Position numbers and translations under genes: made by a program
Virus record (IMG/VR): IMGVR_UViG_3300025862_000141
Location: 1 to 58,184 of that record
From: a virus
Lineage: Duplodnaviria > Caudoviricetes
Length of the DNA: 58,184 nt
Reading direction: 5' to 3' (one strand)
The notes under the pieces: generated by a model
What the model was told of the DNA's origin: nothing
The model's database searches: none
The model's input: only the letters and a program-made list of their open reading frames with translations
In this document: positions 16,907 through 25,898 of the stretch, piece by piece
Layout of the letters: every line of letters begins with the position of its first letter
Position numbering within the stretch: the stretch's first letter is position 1

Positions 16907-19900
16907 GCGAAAAGTGCAAACTGTGTCCTCTGCACGAGTTTTCGGAAGCTAACTGTGTCGGTGGAATTGGGCCACAACCAGCATCTATATTGTTTGTAGC
17001 CGAATCGTTAGGGGAAGAAGAATCTCTTAAACGTGAACTATTTATTGGGCCAGCAGGACAGTTATTGAACAAAATGTTTATTGATGCTGGTATTATGCGG
17101 TCACAAATTCGTATCGAAAATATTGCGAGATGTAGACCAGTTGATAAAGCCAAAGTTTGGGAAGACCGTAAAGGCAAAAAGCATTTTGGAAACAGACCAC
17201 TGACATTGGAAGAAATTTATACGTGTGCTCCTACCTATCTCGAAGCCGAAATTAAGAAAACGAATCCAGTGGTCATTGTCCCGCTTGGCAATGTGGCATT
17301 GCACTATGTGCTTGGTGAGTATCGGGTATCGTCCGTATCCAAGCAAGGCAATTACAATGTGCCAAAACTTGAAAAAGCGGTAAATAAAATGCCGTCTATT
17401 ATGAATGCGCGGGGTATTGAAATTTGGAGTGACCGATATCAATGCAAAATCATACCCATCATTCACCCGACGGCGTTGTTGCGATCCCCGCGTAAAATGG
17501 GCGAGACAGTTGAAGATTTGCGCCGGGTGTTGGTAGCAAGTAAATCTCGAACTCAAACAGTTAGTTCGTCTGTGAACTATGTCTTGGTAGACAAGTGGGA
17601 CGATGTTCAGTGGCTATTGGCACGATTACGTGACGTTCCTCTTTTTTCTGTGGATACCGAAACTACGGGTCTGGACTGGTTGCGCCATAAAATTATCTCT
17701 ATTGGGTTTTGTTGGAAAGAGAACACAGGTGTTGCGTTACGCGTGTTGGATTCATCGGGGTTACCTATTTGGTCATTAGAACAATGGGGGATTATAAAAG
17801 ATGCTTTAGTTGATATTTTTGAAGATGATACCAAGACCATTATTGCCCATAACGCCAAGTTCGATATGTTGATGTTGATGGCTGAAGGTATCAGCTACCC
17901 TATTAACTTGGTTGATACTATGCTCATGCACCATATTCTTGATCCTGAGAGTGGGCATGGGTTGAAAGAGTTGGCACGGGCACTGACAGACATGGGTGGT
18001 TATGATGACGCGTTGGAAGCGTATAAGGATGAGCATCCAGAGGCAAAAAACAATTACCAGTTTATTCCATGGGAAATGCTTGGCCACTATAATTCGGCGG
18101 ACTGCGACAGCACGTTTCGTCTTTATGGCATATTGAGTAAACGATTAGCAGAACGTCCCACAACACAATTATTTTTTCAAACTTGGATTCTCCCGTTTAT
18201 CGAGGTCGTTACGGAAATGGAACGTGAAGGTATTGGGCTGGACTTTGCGCGGGTCAAGCGGTTGTACATGGAAATGAGTGCCAAATGTACCGAGGTTCAA
18301 AGTGAGTTTAGTGCTCAGTTAGGTGTGTTGGATATTAATTTGGGATCATCAGCGCAACTTGCCAAACTGTTTTTTGGCGAACTCAAAATGCCTGTTATTC
18401 GTCGTAGTGAGAAAACGAATGAACCGAGTGTTGACGAAGATACAATTCTGGAATTAGCAAAGTTATATCCCGAAAACAAATTGCTTATGCTTCTGTTGGA
18501 GTATAGGTCCTTACAAAAAACAATGAGCACGTATTTGGTTGGGTTTAAAGATGCGGCGTTGTTTGGGCGCATGTACGGAAAGCAAGATGTACCCGCTATA
18601 TTGAGTAAGACGTGTTGGCTTCCTAATGATGCTACAGAAGTCAAGGTATGGACCGATGGTCGGATTCACGCGGACTTTACTATGCAGACAACGCCGACAG
18701 GGAGATTGTGTATTGCCAAAGGTACATTGATTGAAATAGTTAGAGATGTGTCCAAATATCCAAAAGGTATACCGATTGAGGATGTGAAGGTGGGAGATTG
18801 GGCATATTGTTTTGATGATAAAGGGAATTTAGATTTAAGAAAAGTTTTATGGTCTGGAAAAACAGGGGTAAAGAAAGTCATTAGAGTACACTGGCAAGGA
18901 ACTGGGAGGCATACCATAGGATATGTTGATATGACCCCGGAGCATCAAGTGCGTTTAATTGATGGTTCTTATAGAGAAGCAAACAATTTAAATATAGGAG
19001 ATCAAATTTTATCGTTATCACGATCAAAAACTGGGGGCTATGCGAGGCTTCAGGCTACAGGTGGTTTAGAACTACGCGAACATCGTTTTGTTGCTTTGAA
19101 AGTTTTTGGTGAAGTGGGAGAACATGTTCATCATAAAGACCATAATAAATTAAACAACATTCCTAGTAATTTAATGAATGTGACTTCACAGCAACATATT
19201 AAGCAACATCCAGTATTAGAAGTTACTCGTGAAAAACGGAGAGCCAATGGGCGACTTTTGTATTTACAAGGTAAATTGGGGCATCTTTGGAAAAGAGGTG
19301 AGCAACACGCACATTGGTTGGGGTTAACAAAGGAATGGTTGCTATTGAAGTTATGGGAAGAAAAGGGAAAACCCGAGCGTTTAGCTAAGAAACATGGTAT
19401 TGATTATTCAACATTGCAGAAATATTTACGTATGCACCACATCGATTTTAAAGATATTGCCGTGCAGTTCACAGGAGATGGACGTGAACTAACGAAACCA
19501 CTCTTAGAGACTTTTCGACAGATATACCAAGAAAAGGGACAAGATGAAGCATTGAAATTTATACGTCTTGGTTATTATCGAATAAAAGCAATTCAAGAAA
19601 AGTTTGGGTTCGTTCCCCATAATCACCGTATTACAAAAGTTGAAATTTTGGAAGACAAGGTAGATGTGTATGATTTGGAAATCGAAGGAAGCCACAATTT
19701 TATTGCTAATGAGTTATGTGTTCATAATTCTTGTAAATCTCCGAACCTCCAAAATCTTAAACGCAATACCGAAGATGATCTTAAAACGGGTTGGACAATT
19801 CGACCAAATTTGATTGCGCGTACGGGATACAGTTTTATTGAAGCGGATTTTAAACAGGGTGAAGTATTTGTTGGGGCATCGTTATGCCGCGATACCAATT

Positions 19901-20562
19901 TGATTAATGACATGTTAAGCAAGGAAGGTGTGCACCGACGAGTCTATGGTCGTATTTATAATGTGGATCCAAGTACAGTTACTGATGCCCAGAAATCAAT
20001 AGCGAAGCCGGTGGTTTTCGGCACGTTTTTTGGGCAACAAGCAGATGGATTAGCAGAATTATTGAAGATTCCTGTAGAACAGGCGCAAGATATCATAAAC
20101 CGATTTTTTAATCAGTACCAGGGGCTTAAATATTGGTTGGATTCAACGATTGCAAATGCGCGAAGAAATGGGTATGTGGATACGATCTTTGGGCGGCGGC
20201 GGTATCTGCCGGCGATCAATAGCCCAGATATGAAGTCTCGTGCCAATAGTGAACACTATTCTGTAAACACGCCTATACAATCCACATGTCATGATCTATT
20301 AATTATTGCTTCAGTAAAGATTCATCGGGATATTCGCACGGAGTCGTTACCTATGAAACTGGTTGCTGAAAACCATGACGCGTTTATTTATGAGGTTCGT
20401 GACGACGCTATTCAAGAATGTAGTGCGGTCATTAAGCAACGTATGGAAGAACCTGTGATTCCTGAATTGATACCGATGCAAGCCGAAATGGAAGTCAGTA
20501 AGAGTTGGAAGGCTAAGGTTGAGGAAGATGTGTCTGATGCTGAAGAATTGGTGGTTGCATGA
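16903..20562 (+). CDS. polA: Family A DNA polymerase with an N-terminal family-4 uracil-DNA-glycosylase-like domain, a 3'-5' exonuclease and an intein
   Basis: UDG-like: CKLCPL, FIGPAGQLL, RCRP..NRP, IHPTALLR. Exonuclease: DTETTGL, HNAKFD, YNSAD. Polymerase: TGRL|S..PNLQN, ADFKQGE, AKPVVFG, HDA. Confidence 0.95.
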   Translation: MSEKCKLCPLHEFSEANCVGGIGPQPASILFVAESLGEEESLKRELFIGPAGQLLNKMFIDAGIMRSQIRIENIARCRPVDKAKVWEDRKGKKHFGNRPLTLEEIYTCAPTYLEAEIKKTNPVVIVPLGNVALHYVLGEYRVSSVSKQGNYNVPKLEKAVNKMPSIMNARGIEIWSDRYQCKIIPIIHPTALLRSPRKMGETVEDLRRVLVASKSRTQTVSSSVNYVLVDKWDDVQWLLARLRDVPLFSVDTETTGLDWLRHKIISIGFCWKENTGVALRVLDSSGLPIWSLEQWGIIKDALVDIFEDDTKTIIAHNAKFDMLMLMAEGISYPINLVDTMLMHHILDPESGHGLKELARALTDMGGYDDALEAYKDEHPEAKNNYQFIPWEMLGHYNSADCDSTFRLYGILSKRLAERPTTQLFFQTWILPFIEVVTEMEREGIGLDFARVKRLYMEMSAKCTEVQSEFSAQLGVLDINLGSSAQLAKLFFGELKMPVIRRSEKTNEPSVDEDTILELAKLYPENKLLMLLLEYRSLQKTMSTYLVGFKDAALFGRMYGKQDVPAILSKTCWLPNDATEVKVWTDGRIHADFTMQTTPTGRLCIAKGTLIEIVRDVSKYPKGIPIEDVKVGDWAYCFDDKGNLDLRKVLWSGKTGVKKVIRVHWQGTGRHTIGYVDMTPEHQVRLIDGSYREANNLNIGDQILSLSRSKTGGYARLQATGGLELREHRFVALKVFGEVGEHVHHKDHNKLNNIPSNLMNVTSQQHIKQHPVLEVTREKRRANGRLLYLQGKLGHLWKRGEQHAHWLGLTKEWLLLKLWEEKGKPERLAKKHGIDYSTLQKYLRMHHIDFKDIAVQFTGDGRELTKPLLETFRQIYQEKGQDEALKFIRLGYYRIKAIQEKFGFVPHNHRITKVEILEDKVDVYDLEIEGSHNFIANELCVHNSCKSPNLQNLKRNTEDDLKTGWTIRPNLIARTGYSFIEADFKQGEVFVGASLCRDTNLINDMLSKEGVHRRVYGRIYNVDPSTVTDAQKSIAKPVVFGTFFGQQADGLAELLKIPVEQAQDIINRFFNQYQGLKYWLDSTIANARRNGYVDTIFGRRRYLPAINSPDMKSRANSEHYSVNTPIQSTCHDLLIIASVKIHRDIRTESLPMKLVAENHDAFIYEVRDDAIQECSAVIKQRMEEPVIPELIPMQAEMEVSKSWKAKVEEDVSDAEELVVA
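18709..19728 (+). mobile_element. Intein (340 aa) with an HNH homing endonuclease, in PolA
   Basis: Starts CIAKGT; block B MTPEHQV; HNH VHHKDHNKLNN..SNL; ends VYDLEIEGSHNFIANELCVHN followed by Ser. Removal restores TGRLS..PNLQN. Confidence 0.95.
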
Positions 20563-21836
20563 CGTACTCTGAAAAAGTCGCATCGCTAGGATTGGTTAAT
20601 GGGCGGCGAATTATTTGTGGGGATGCGTTGACAGTTCTACGTGAATTGCCTGATGGGATTGTGCATACGTGTGTGACTAGTCCTCCTTATTTTAATTTGC
20701 GGGATTATAAAATTGAAGGGCAGATGGGATTGGAAGAATCTCCTGAAGAATATGTTCAGAAAATGGTTGAAGTTTTTCGTGAAGTTAAGCGGGTGTTGCA
20801 TGATTCGGCAACTCTTTGGATTAACATTGGAGATAGCTACGCAAGTAATCCAGCGAGTGGTGGGAAGCAATCGTTATTGATGACAGGAAGCGAACATAAA
20901 CGAACGCCAAAAAAAGGGTACGTGCGACCAGTTGGTCTTAAGCCAAAAGACCTCGTTGGCGTTCCTTGGCGTCTTGCTTTTGCGTTGCAAGCGGAAGGAT
21001 TTTATTTGAGATCCGACATAATTTGGCAAAAATTAAATCCAATGCCATCGTCTGTTTTGGACCGCCCGACATGCTCGAAAGAATATATTTTCTTGTTAGC
21101 CAAATCTCAAAAATATTTCTACGACATAGATAGCATTAAAGAACCTGCTACGCATGAAACCACAAAGATGCCGGATGGGTGGGATACAGGTGATGGGGTG
21201 CATGGTTCGATTCATAGGAACGGTAGAGAAAAAGGAGCAAAGGTAAACAAGCAACGGGGACATGGCCGTCAACATGCAGGATTTACTGACCGATGGGATG
21301 CCATGACTAAAGCGGAACAATGTTCAGGTATGCGTAACAAGCGTGATGTTTGGACAGTTGCAACGAAACCATTTAAGGATTCTCATTTCGCTACGTTTCC
21401 GCCAGAATTAATTACTCCTTGTGTTCTTGCGGGGTCTAGTCCTGTGGGTGTTTGTAGCGAGTGTGGAGCACCGCCACGCCAAGTTTATGAAAAGGTAGAG
21501 CCATTGGAGTTAGTTAAGGCATCTAGCAAGATGAGTGAGTTGCCTGACGAACATGGACAGAAACGGATTCAGCAGCGTGTGAAAGCGGCAAGAAATGCTG
21601 GTGCGGAACATGACCCCCCTTTTGCTGGTAAGGCGGCTATTGGTTGGGAATCGTCTTGTAAATGTAATGTGGGCACGGTTCCGGCCCTCGTGCTTGATCC
21701 TTTTTCTGGAAGCGGTACGACTGGGCTAGTTGCGAATGGACGTGGGAGAAATTACATTGGGGTTGAACTCAATCCTGATTACATTTCCATGAGTGAACGT
21801 CGTCTAGCGAATCCCTTGTTGGATTATCATGAGTGA
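20559..21836 (+). CDS. DNA amino-methyltransferase (N4-C/N6-A, beta class)
   Basis: CVTSPPY near the N-terminus, HFATFPPEL, and VLDPFSGSGTT near the C-terminus. Confidence 0.93.
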   Translation: MTYSEKVASLGLVNGRRIICGDALTVLRELPDGIVHTCVTSPPYFNLRDYKIEGQMGLEESPEEYVQKMVEVFREVKRVLHDSATLWINIGDSYASNPASGGKQSLLMTGSEHKRTPKKGYVRPVGLKPKDLVGVPWRLAFALQAEGFYLRSDIIWQKLNPMPSSVLDRPTCSKEYIFLLAKSQKYFYDIDSIKEPATHETTKMPDGWDTGDGVHGSIHRNGREKGAKVNKQRGHGRQHAGFTDRWDAMTKAEQCSGMRNKRDVWTVATKPFKDSHFATFPPELITPCVLAGSSPVGVCSECGAPPRQVYEKVEPLELVKASSKMSELPDEHGQKRIQQRVKAARNAGAEHDPPFAGKAAIGWESSCKCNVGTVPALVLDPFSGSGTTGLVANGRGRNYIGVELNPDYISMSERRLANPLLDYHE

Positions 21837-22164
21837 TACATTAAAAATCGGTACTACCCATTTTGCGGTTAGCATGACGTCGGATATTGTTTTTTCAATT
21901 AACTTTGATGTACATGTATGTTGTGAAGAGTGTGGGTGGGATGTATATCAAACTGATATGGAATGTCCTTTCTGTCAAAAATGGACCATTGCAGATATAC
22001 CTGGTAAAATGTCAAACGATATTCGTGACGTGGATCTTGCGGGAAGTATTCGGTGTGAGCAATGTCACACGGAGTTTCAGTTGATTCGCAACGCTGAGTA
22101 TGCCTTAGACAAATTTCAATGGCGTATAAAAAAACTTGGAAAAATAAAAACTAGTAAGCCATAA
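21829..22164 (+). CDS. Zinc-ribbon protein
   Basis: CEEC, CPFC and CEQC motifs. Confidence 0.6.
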   Translation: MSDTLKIGTTHFAVSMTSDIVFSINFDVHVCCEECGWDVYQTDMECPFCQKWTIADIPGKMSNDIRDVDLAGSIRCEQCHTEFQLIRNAEYALDKFQWRIKKLGKIKTSKP

Positions 22165-22180
22165 CATATTATGTTATAGT
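22159..22180 (+). promoter_or_regulatory. Palindromic operator and extended -10 upstream of dnaN
   Basis: CCATAACATATTATGTTATAGT differs from 944-965 only at the palindrome centre. Confidence 0.7.
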
Positions 22181-22202
22181 GTCGCACAGGAGAAAATAAA
22201 AA

Positions 22203-23357
22203 ATGAAATTCAAAGCAACGCGAAACGAATTACTGGCAGGTCTTGATAAAGTGTCTTCGGCAGTTTCTACACGAACCGTACTTCCTGTTCTTGCAAATAT
22301 TTTGATTAATGTGGATGCGGCAACGTCCAAAGTTCATTTGATGGCAACGGATTTGGAATTGGTGATTGCGTGTTCGTTGGACGCCGAAGTTGCTGAAGGT
22401 GGAACACTCACGTTGCCCGCCGTGACATTGACGGATTGGGTGGAATCGTTGCCTGAAGCGGCTACGGTGTCTATTGAACAAGTGGCAGATACTAAGGTCT
22501 TGGTTAAGAGTGGTCGAGCCCGGTGTACATTGATTGGACTTGCTGCTGATGATTTTCCGAACGCGCCAAAGTTTAATGAAGCGAATGCCTTTTTTGTTGA
22601 TGCTGGAATTCTTGCAGAAGCGTTTGGTAAGACCGCGTTTAGTACGTCAACAGACGCCGTGCGTTATTTGTTGAATGGTTTGAACATCGTAGTTAAAGAG
22701 GGACAGTTGACGGTGGTTGCTTTGGATGGAAGACGGATGGCTATGGCAGTTCGTGCGCTTGCTCTTAAAGGTGTTGTACCCACCATGCAAACGATTATGC
22801 CGAACAAAGCTGTTAAAGAATATTTGCATACGTTTGGTAAAGCCACGGGTGACATTCAATGTGAATTGAACGCGTCACGTATTGCGTTTCGTAAAGGCGA
22901 TACGGTGTTGATTTCGCGTGTGATTGAAGGCGTGTTTCCTGAGTACGCGCATGTCTTGACACGCAACGTATTGGCATCTATAGTGTTGTCTCGTTCTGAA
23001 TTTGGTGCTCTTATTAAACGTGCGTCGTTATCAAGTCCGACGGGGTCAGCAACGGTGACGTTGGTGTTATCGAAAGGAACGTTGTCGGCAACGTCAATGG
23101 CTGAAGGACGTGTGGTTATGGAAGACGATATTCCTGTGGATTATAAAGGCGACACCATTACTGTTTCTTTGTCGTCAGTATCTATTCTGGACGTACTTAA
23201 AACGACGGATACGGATAATGTCAGTCTTGAATTTGGTGCCGCTAATGTGGCATTTGTGATTCGACCGGAAGGGGATAAGAATACGTTGTGGTTGGTTATG
23301 CCTATTATTGTGAACAACGTAATGGGGAATCGGGTTCCAGTGGCAACGGTTAAGTAA
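22203..23357 (+). CDS. dnaN: DNA polymerase III beta sliding clamp
   Basis: LPVLANILI, ATDLE, DDFP, RYLLNG, VALDGRRMA, SRVIEGVFPEY and LVMPI motifs. Confidence 0.95.
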   Translation: MKFKATRNELLAGLDKVSSAVSTRTVLPVLANILINVDAATSKVHLMATDLELVIACSLDAEVAEGGTLTLPAVTLTDWVESLPEAATVSIEQVADTKVLVKSGRARCTLIGLAADDFPNAPKFNEANAFFVDAGILAEAFGKTAFSTSTDAVRYLLNGLNIVVKEGQLTVVALDGRRMAMAVRALALKGVVPTMQTIMPNKAVKEYLHTFGKATGDIQCELNASRIAFRKGDTVLISRVIEGVFPEYAHVLTRNVLASIVLSRSEFGALIKRASLSSPTGSATVTLVLSKGTLSATSMAEGRVVMEDDIPVDYKGDTITVSLSSVSILDVLKTTDTDNVSLEFGAANVAFVIRPEGDKNTLWLVMPIIVNNVMGNRVPVATVK

Positions 23358-23442
23358 TGACTGATCTACATGAGTATGTTGGTGGGGTCTGTAGCATTTG
23401 TGGGCATAGAGACGAAGAACTAATAAAAAATGAGGGGGGTTT

Positions 23443-23691
23443 ATGAGCATTGAACATGAAGTTATGGAAGTTATTCGTGCAGAAGCGGTGAAGAATCTTC
23501 AACCAGTTCGGGAAAAAATTAAGTTGTTGGTTGCTGAATATGTGAAAACAAAAGCGTTTCAGAAAGCGGTTCATGATGCTGTGATTGAAGAAATTGATGA
23601 GGTCATTTTTGGCGATGATGTTTTGGCATGTCTTACCAAACGTGAAGTCACGGCATTAAAAAAGAAAGCGGTTCGTAGTATTCTTCGATAG
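23443..23691 (+). CDS. Hypothetical protein
   Basis: GAGGGGGG Shine-Dalgarno. Confidence 0.6.
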   Translation: MSIEHEVMEVIRAEAVKNLQPVREKIKLLVAEYVKTKAFQKAVHDAVIEEIDEVIFGDDVLACLTKREVTALKKKAVRSILR

Positions 23692-23739
23692 CATTAAGGT
23701 ATTATCGAACGCACTAAGTAGTTCTACTGAGGGGGAAAC

Positions 23740-24726
23740 ATGTCAACACAAGAAGCCGCATTAAAAACGTTCCGAAAAAATAATGGTTTTCAATGTCTAA
23801 GTGATAACCCAGAACCTATTGAACGTATTCCGTCGGGGTCATTATCGTTAGATATTGCTCTTGGTGGCGGGTATCCACGAGGGCGTTGTATCGAAATTTA
23901 TGGACTTGAAGGTGCGGGAAAAACTCTGCTTGCGTTGCTAGGCATTGCTGAAGCGCAGAAACTTGGTGGGCGTTGCGCGTTTATAGATGCAGAACATTCG
24001 CTTGATCCTGTTCATGCTGCTGAACTTGGTGTCAATGTTCGTGAGTTGGATACTAAACAGCCGGACCACGGTGAAGACGCGTTGACTGCGGTTGAAGCGG
24101 CGGCAACAAGTGGACTTTATGATGTTATTGTTGTTGACTCTGTGGCATCGCTTGTACCTAAATCTGAAATTGAAGGTGAGATTGGGGACCAGACCATGGG
24201 ATTGCAAGCGCGAATGATGAGCCAAGCCATGCGCACATTGGTTCCTACCATTGGTAAAAGTCGTGCATATGTTATTTTCATTAACCAACTTCGGCAAAAA
24301 GTAGGTGTTGTATTCGGATCCCCGTTTTTTACTCCCGGCGGGATGGCTCTTAAATTCTATTCATCCATTCGGATCGAAGCGAAGATCAAAGCTAAAAGTG
24401 AACGGTTAAACGAAAAAGAAGAAAAGATTGGGCACGATATCCTCGCCAAATTGATTAAGAACAAAACGGCGGCACCGTATCGGGAAGCGATTATTCCTAT
24501 TGAGTTTAAGCGCGGAGTATTGCCAGCGGCTGATATTGTGAATGCTGGTGTTTATACTGGATTACTTTCGATTGATGGGCACATTGGGTATCTTGGTAAA
24601 GCATTTGGCGACACGCCTATTCCAGAGTGGAAGAAACTGGAATCGTTTGGGGCATGGGCCATTGATCCTGTGAATAGCGAAATGGTGGGTAAGATTCGAG
24701 CAGAGATATTGGCTAAAGGATTGTAA
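23740..24726 (+). CDS. recA: RecA recombinase
   Basis: SGSLSLDIALG.GYPRGR, GLEGAGKT, FIDAEH, VVDSVASL, QARMMSQ, FINQLR and GGMALKFYSS. Confidence 0.97.
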   Translation: MSTQEAALKTFRKNNGFQCLSDNPEPIERIPSGSLSLDIALGGGYPRGRCIEIYGLEGAGKTLLALLGIAEAQKLGGRCAFIDAEHSLDPVHAAELGVNVRELDTKQPDHGEDALTAVEAAATSGLYDVIVVDSVASLVPKSEIEGEIGDQTMGLQARMMSQAMRTLVPTIGKSRAYVIFINQLRQKVGVVFGSPFFTPGGMALKFYSSIRIEAKIKAKSERLNEKEEKIGHDILAKLIKNKTAAPYREAIIPIEFKRGVLPAADIVNAGVYTGLLSIDGHIGYLGKAFGDTPIPEWKKLESFGAWAIDPVNSEMVGKIRAEILAKGL

Positions 24727-25479
24727 ATGGGGATTGATCATCAACCTGGATGTTTTTGTAAAGGGGTAGGTTTTGTTGTAGATATGAATCTACCGAAAGG
24801 GCATAGAACGGTAGAATGTCCTTGTTATAGAGATGTTAAAGCTAACGTTCGAGTAGCGAATTCAGGGATTCTTCCTGCGTATTTTAAGTTATCGTTTGAG
24901 GATATTGTGAGGAAGGATTCGTTGGCATGTCAGAACCTTCAGAAATACGTCGCTCAGGCAGAAAAATCTGTTCGGATGTGTACGGGGCTTTTGTTGCACG
25001 GTCCTGCCAAGGCCGGAAAAACTCTTTTGGCGGCGTGTACAATTCAAGCCATAATTCAACAAGGTTATTCATGTCGTATCGGTTCCTTATCTTCTATTCT
25101 AACAGAAATGAAGCAATGTGACAATAGTGACAATGCTCAAGAAGTATTAGACAAATATTGTGGAGCAGATGTTACATTTTCGTGTATTGATGATATTTCA
25201 CATGTTTTAGACGGTTTAAAAACGGTTCGTACAGGGCATTTGTCACAACAGCCAATCTATGGTCCTGATTATGGGTTGGTTGGTATTTTGAAGAAACGTG
25301 CTAGTTTAAGACTTCCTACAATTATGACTTCACGTGTTGACAAAGCTCGGCTTGGTGCTGTGTTTCCTGATATTGCCGCAGAAATGTTTTCGTGGCTAGA
25401 GATCAAATGTGACTTTGCAGATGTGCGTATGCCGGGTAATGACCAAATGATGAAAGAGTTTGGGTTTGATCGAATCTAA
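24727..25479 (+). CDS. DnaC/IstB-like AAA+ helicase loader
   Basis: N-terminal Cys cluster, LLLHGPAKAGKT, CIDD and PTIMTS; lies next to dnaB. Confidence 0.8.
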   Translation: MGIDHQPGCFCKGVGFVVDMNLPKGHRTVECPCYRDVKANVRVANSGILPAYFKLSFEDIVRKDSLACQNLQKYVAQAEKSVRMCTGLLLHGPAKAGKTLLAACTIQAIIQQGYSCRIGSLSSILTEMKQCDNSDNAQEVLDKYCGADVTFSCIDDISHVLDGLKTVRTGHLSQQPIYGPDYGLVGILKKRASLRLPTIMTSRVDKARLGAVFPDIAAEMFSWLEIKCDFADVRMPGNDQMMKEFGFDRI

Positions 25480-25661
25480 TGGACATTGATAAATTTGATT
25501 GTGATTTAACCGATTTTCCAGTATGTCCGTTTTGTGGTAATGAAGAGACTGATGTTTATGCGATTGATGATCATGGAGATAATCTGTCATGTGGTGTGTG
25601 TAGCAAAGATTATCATGTGGAAGTAAACGTATCAGTGACATATACGACGAGCATTATTTAA
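25479..25661 (+). CDS. Small zinc-ribbon protein
   Basis: VCPFCG...SCGVCSK. Confidence 0.65.
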   Translation: MDIDKFDCDLTDFPVCPFCGNEETDVYAIDDHGDNLSCGVCSKDYHVEVNVSVTYTTSII

Positions 25662-25694
25662 GATAGGGAATAGTATAGCCGGAGGGGGGGCAGG

Positions 25695-25898
25695 ATGAAA
25701 CGAAACCGATTTGTCGTTCAGCGGGGCATTTCTTATGACTGGACTGTTCTTGATAAAAAAGAACATGCTACGGTAGCAGCATTTGCTCGGGGAGCACATT
25801 CAAAAAATGATGCTCGTAGATATGCGGATGATCTAAATGACATGTGGATACTAGCTAATTATGACGTAGACGCATTCGCAAGGCAAATACATGAGTGA
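25695..25898 (+). CDS. Hypothetical small protein
   Basis: G-rich Shine-Dalgarno; overlaps the dnaB start. Confidence 0.5.
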   Translation: MKRNRFVVQRGISYDWTVLDKKEHATVAAFARGAHSKNDARRYADDLNDMWILANYDVDAFARQIHE

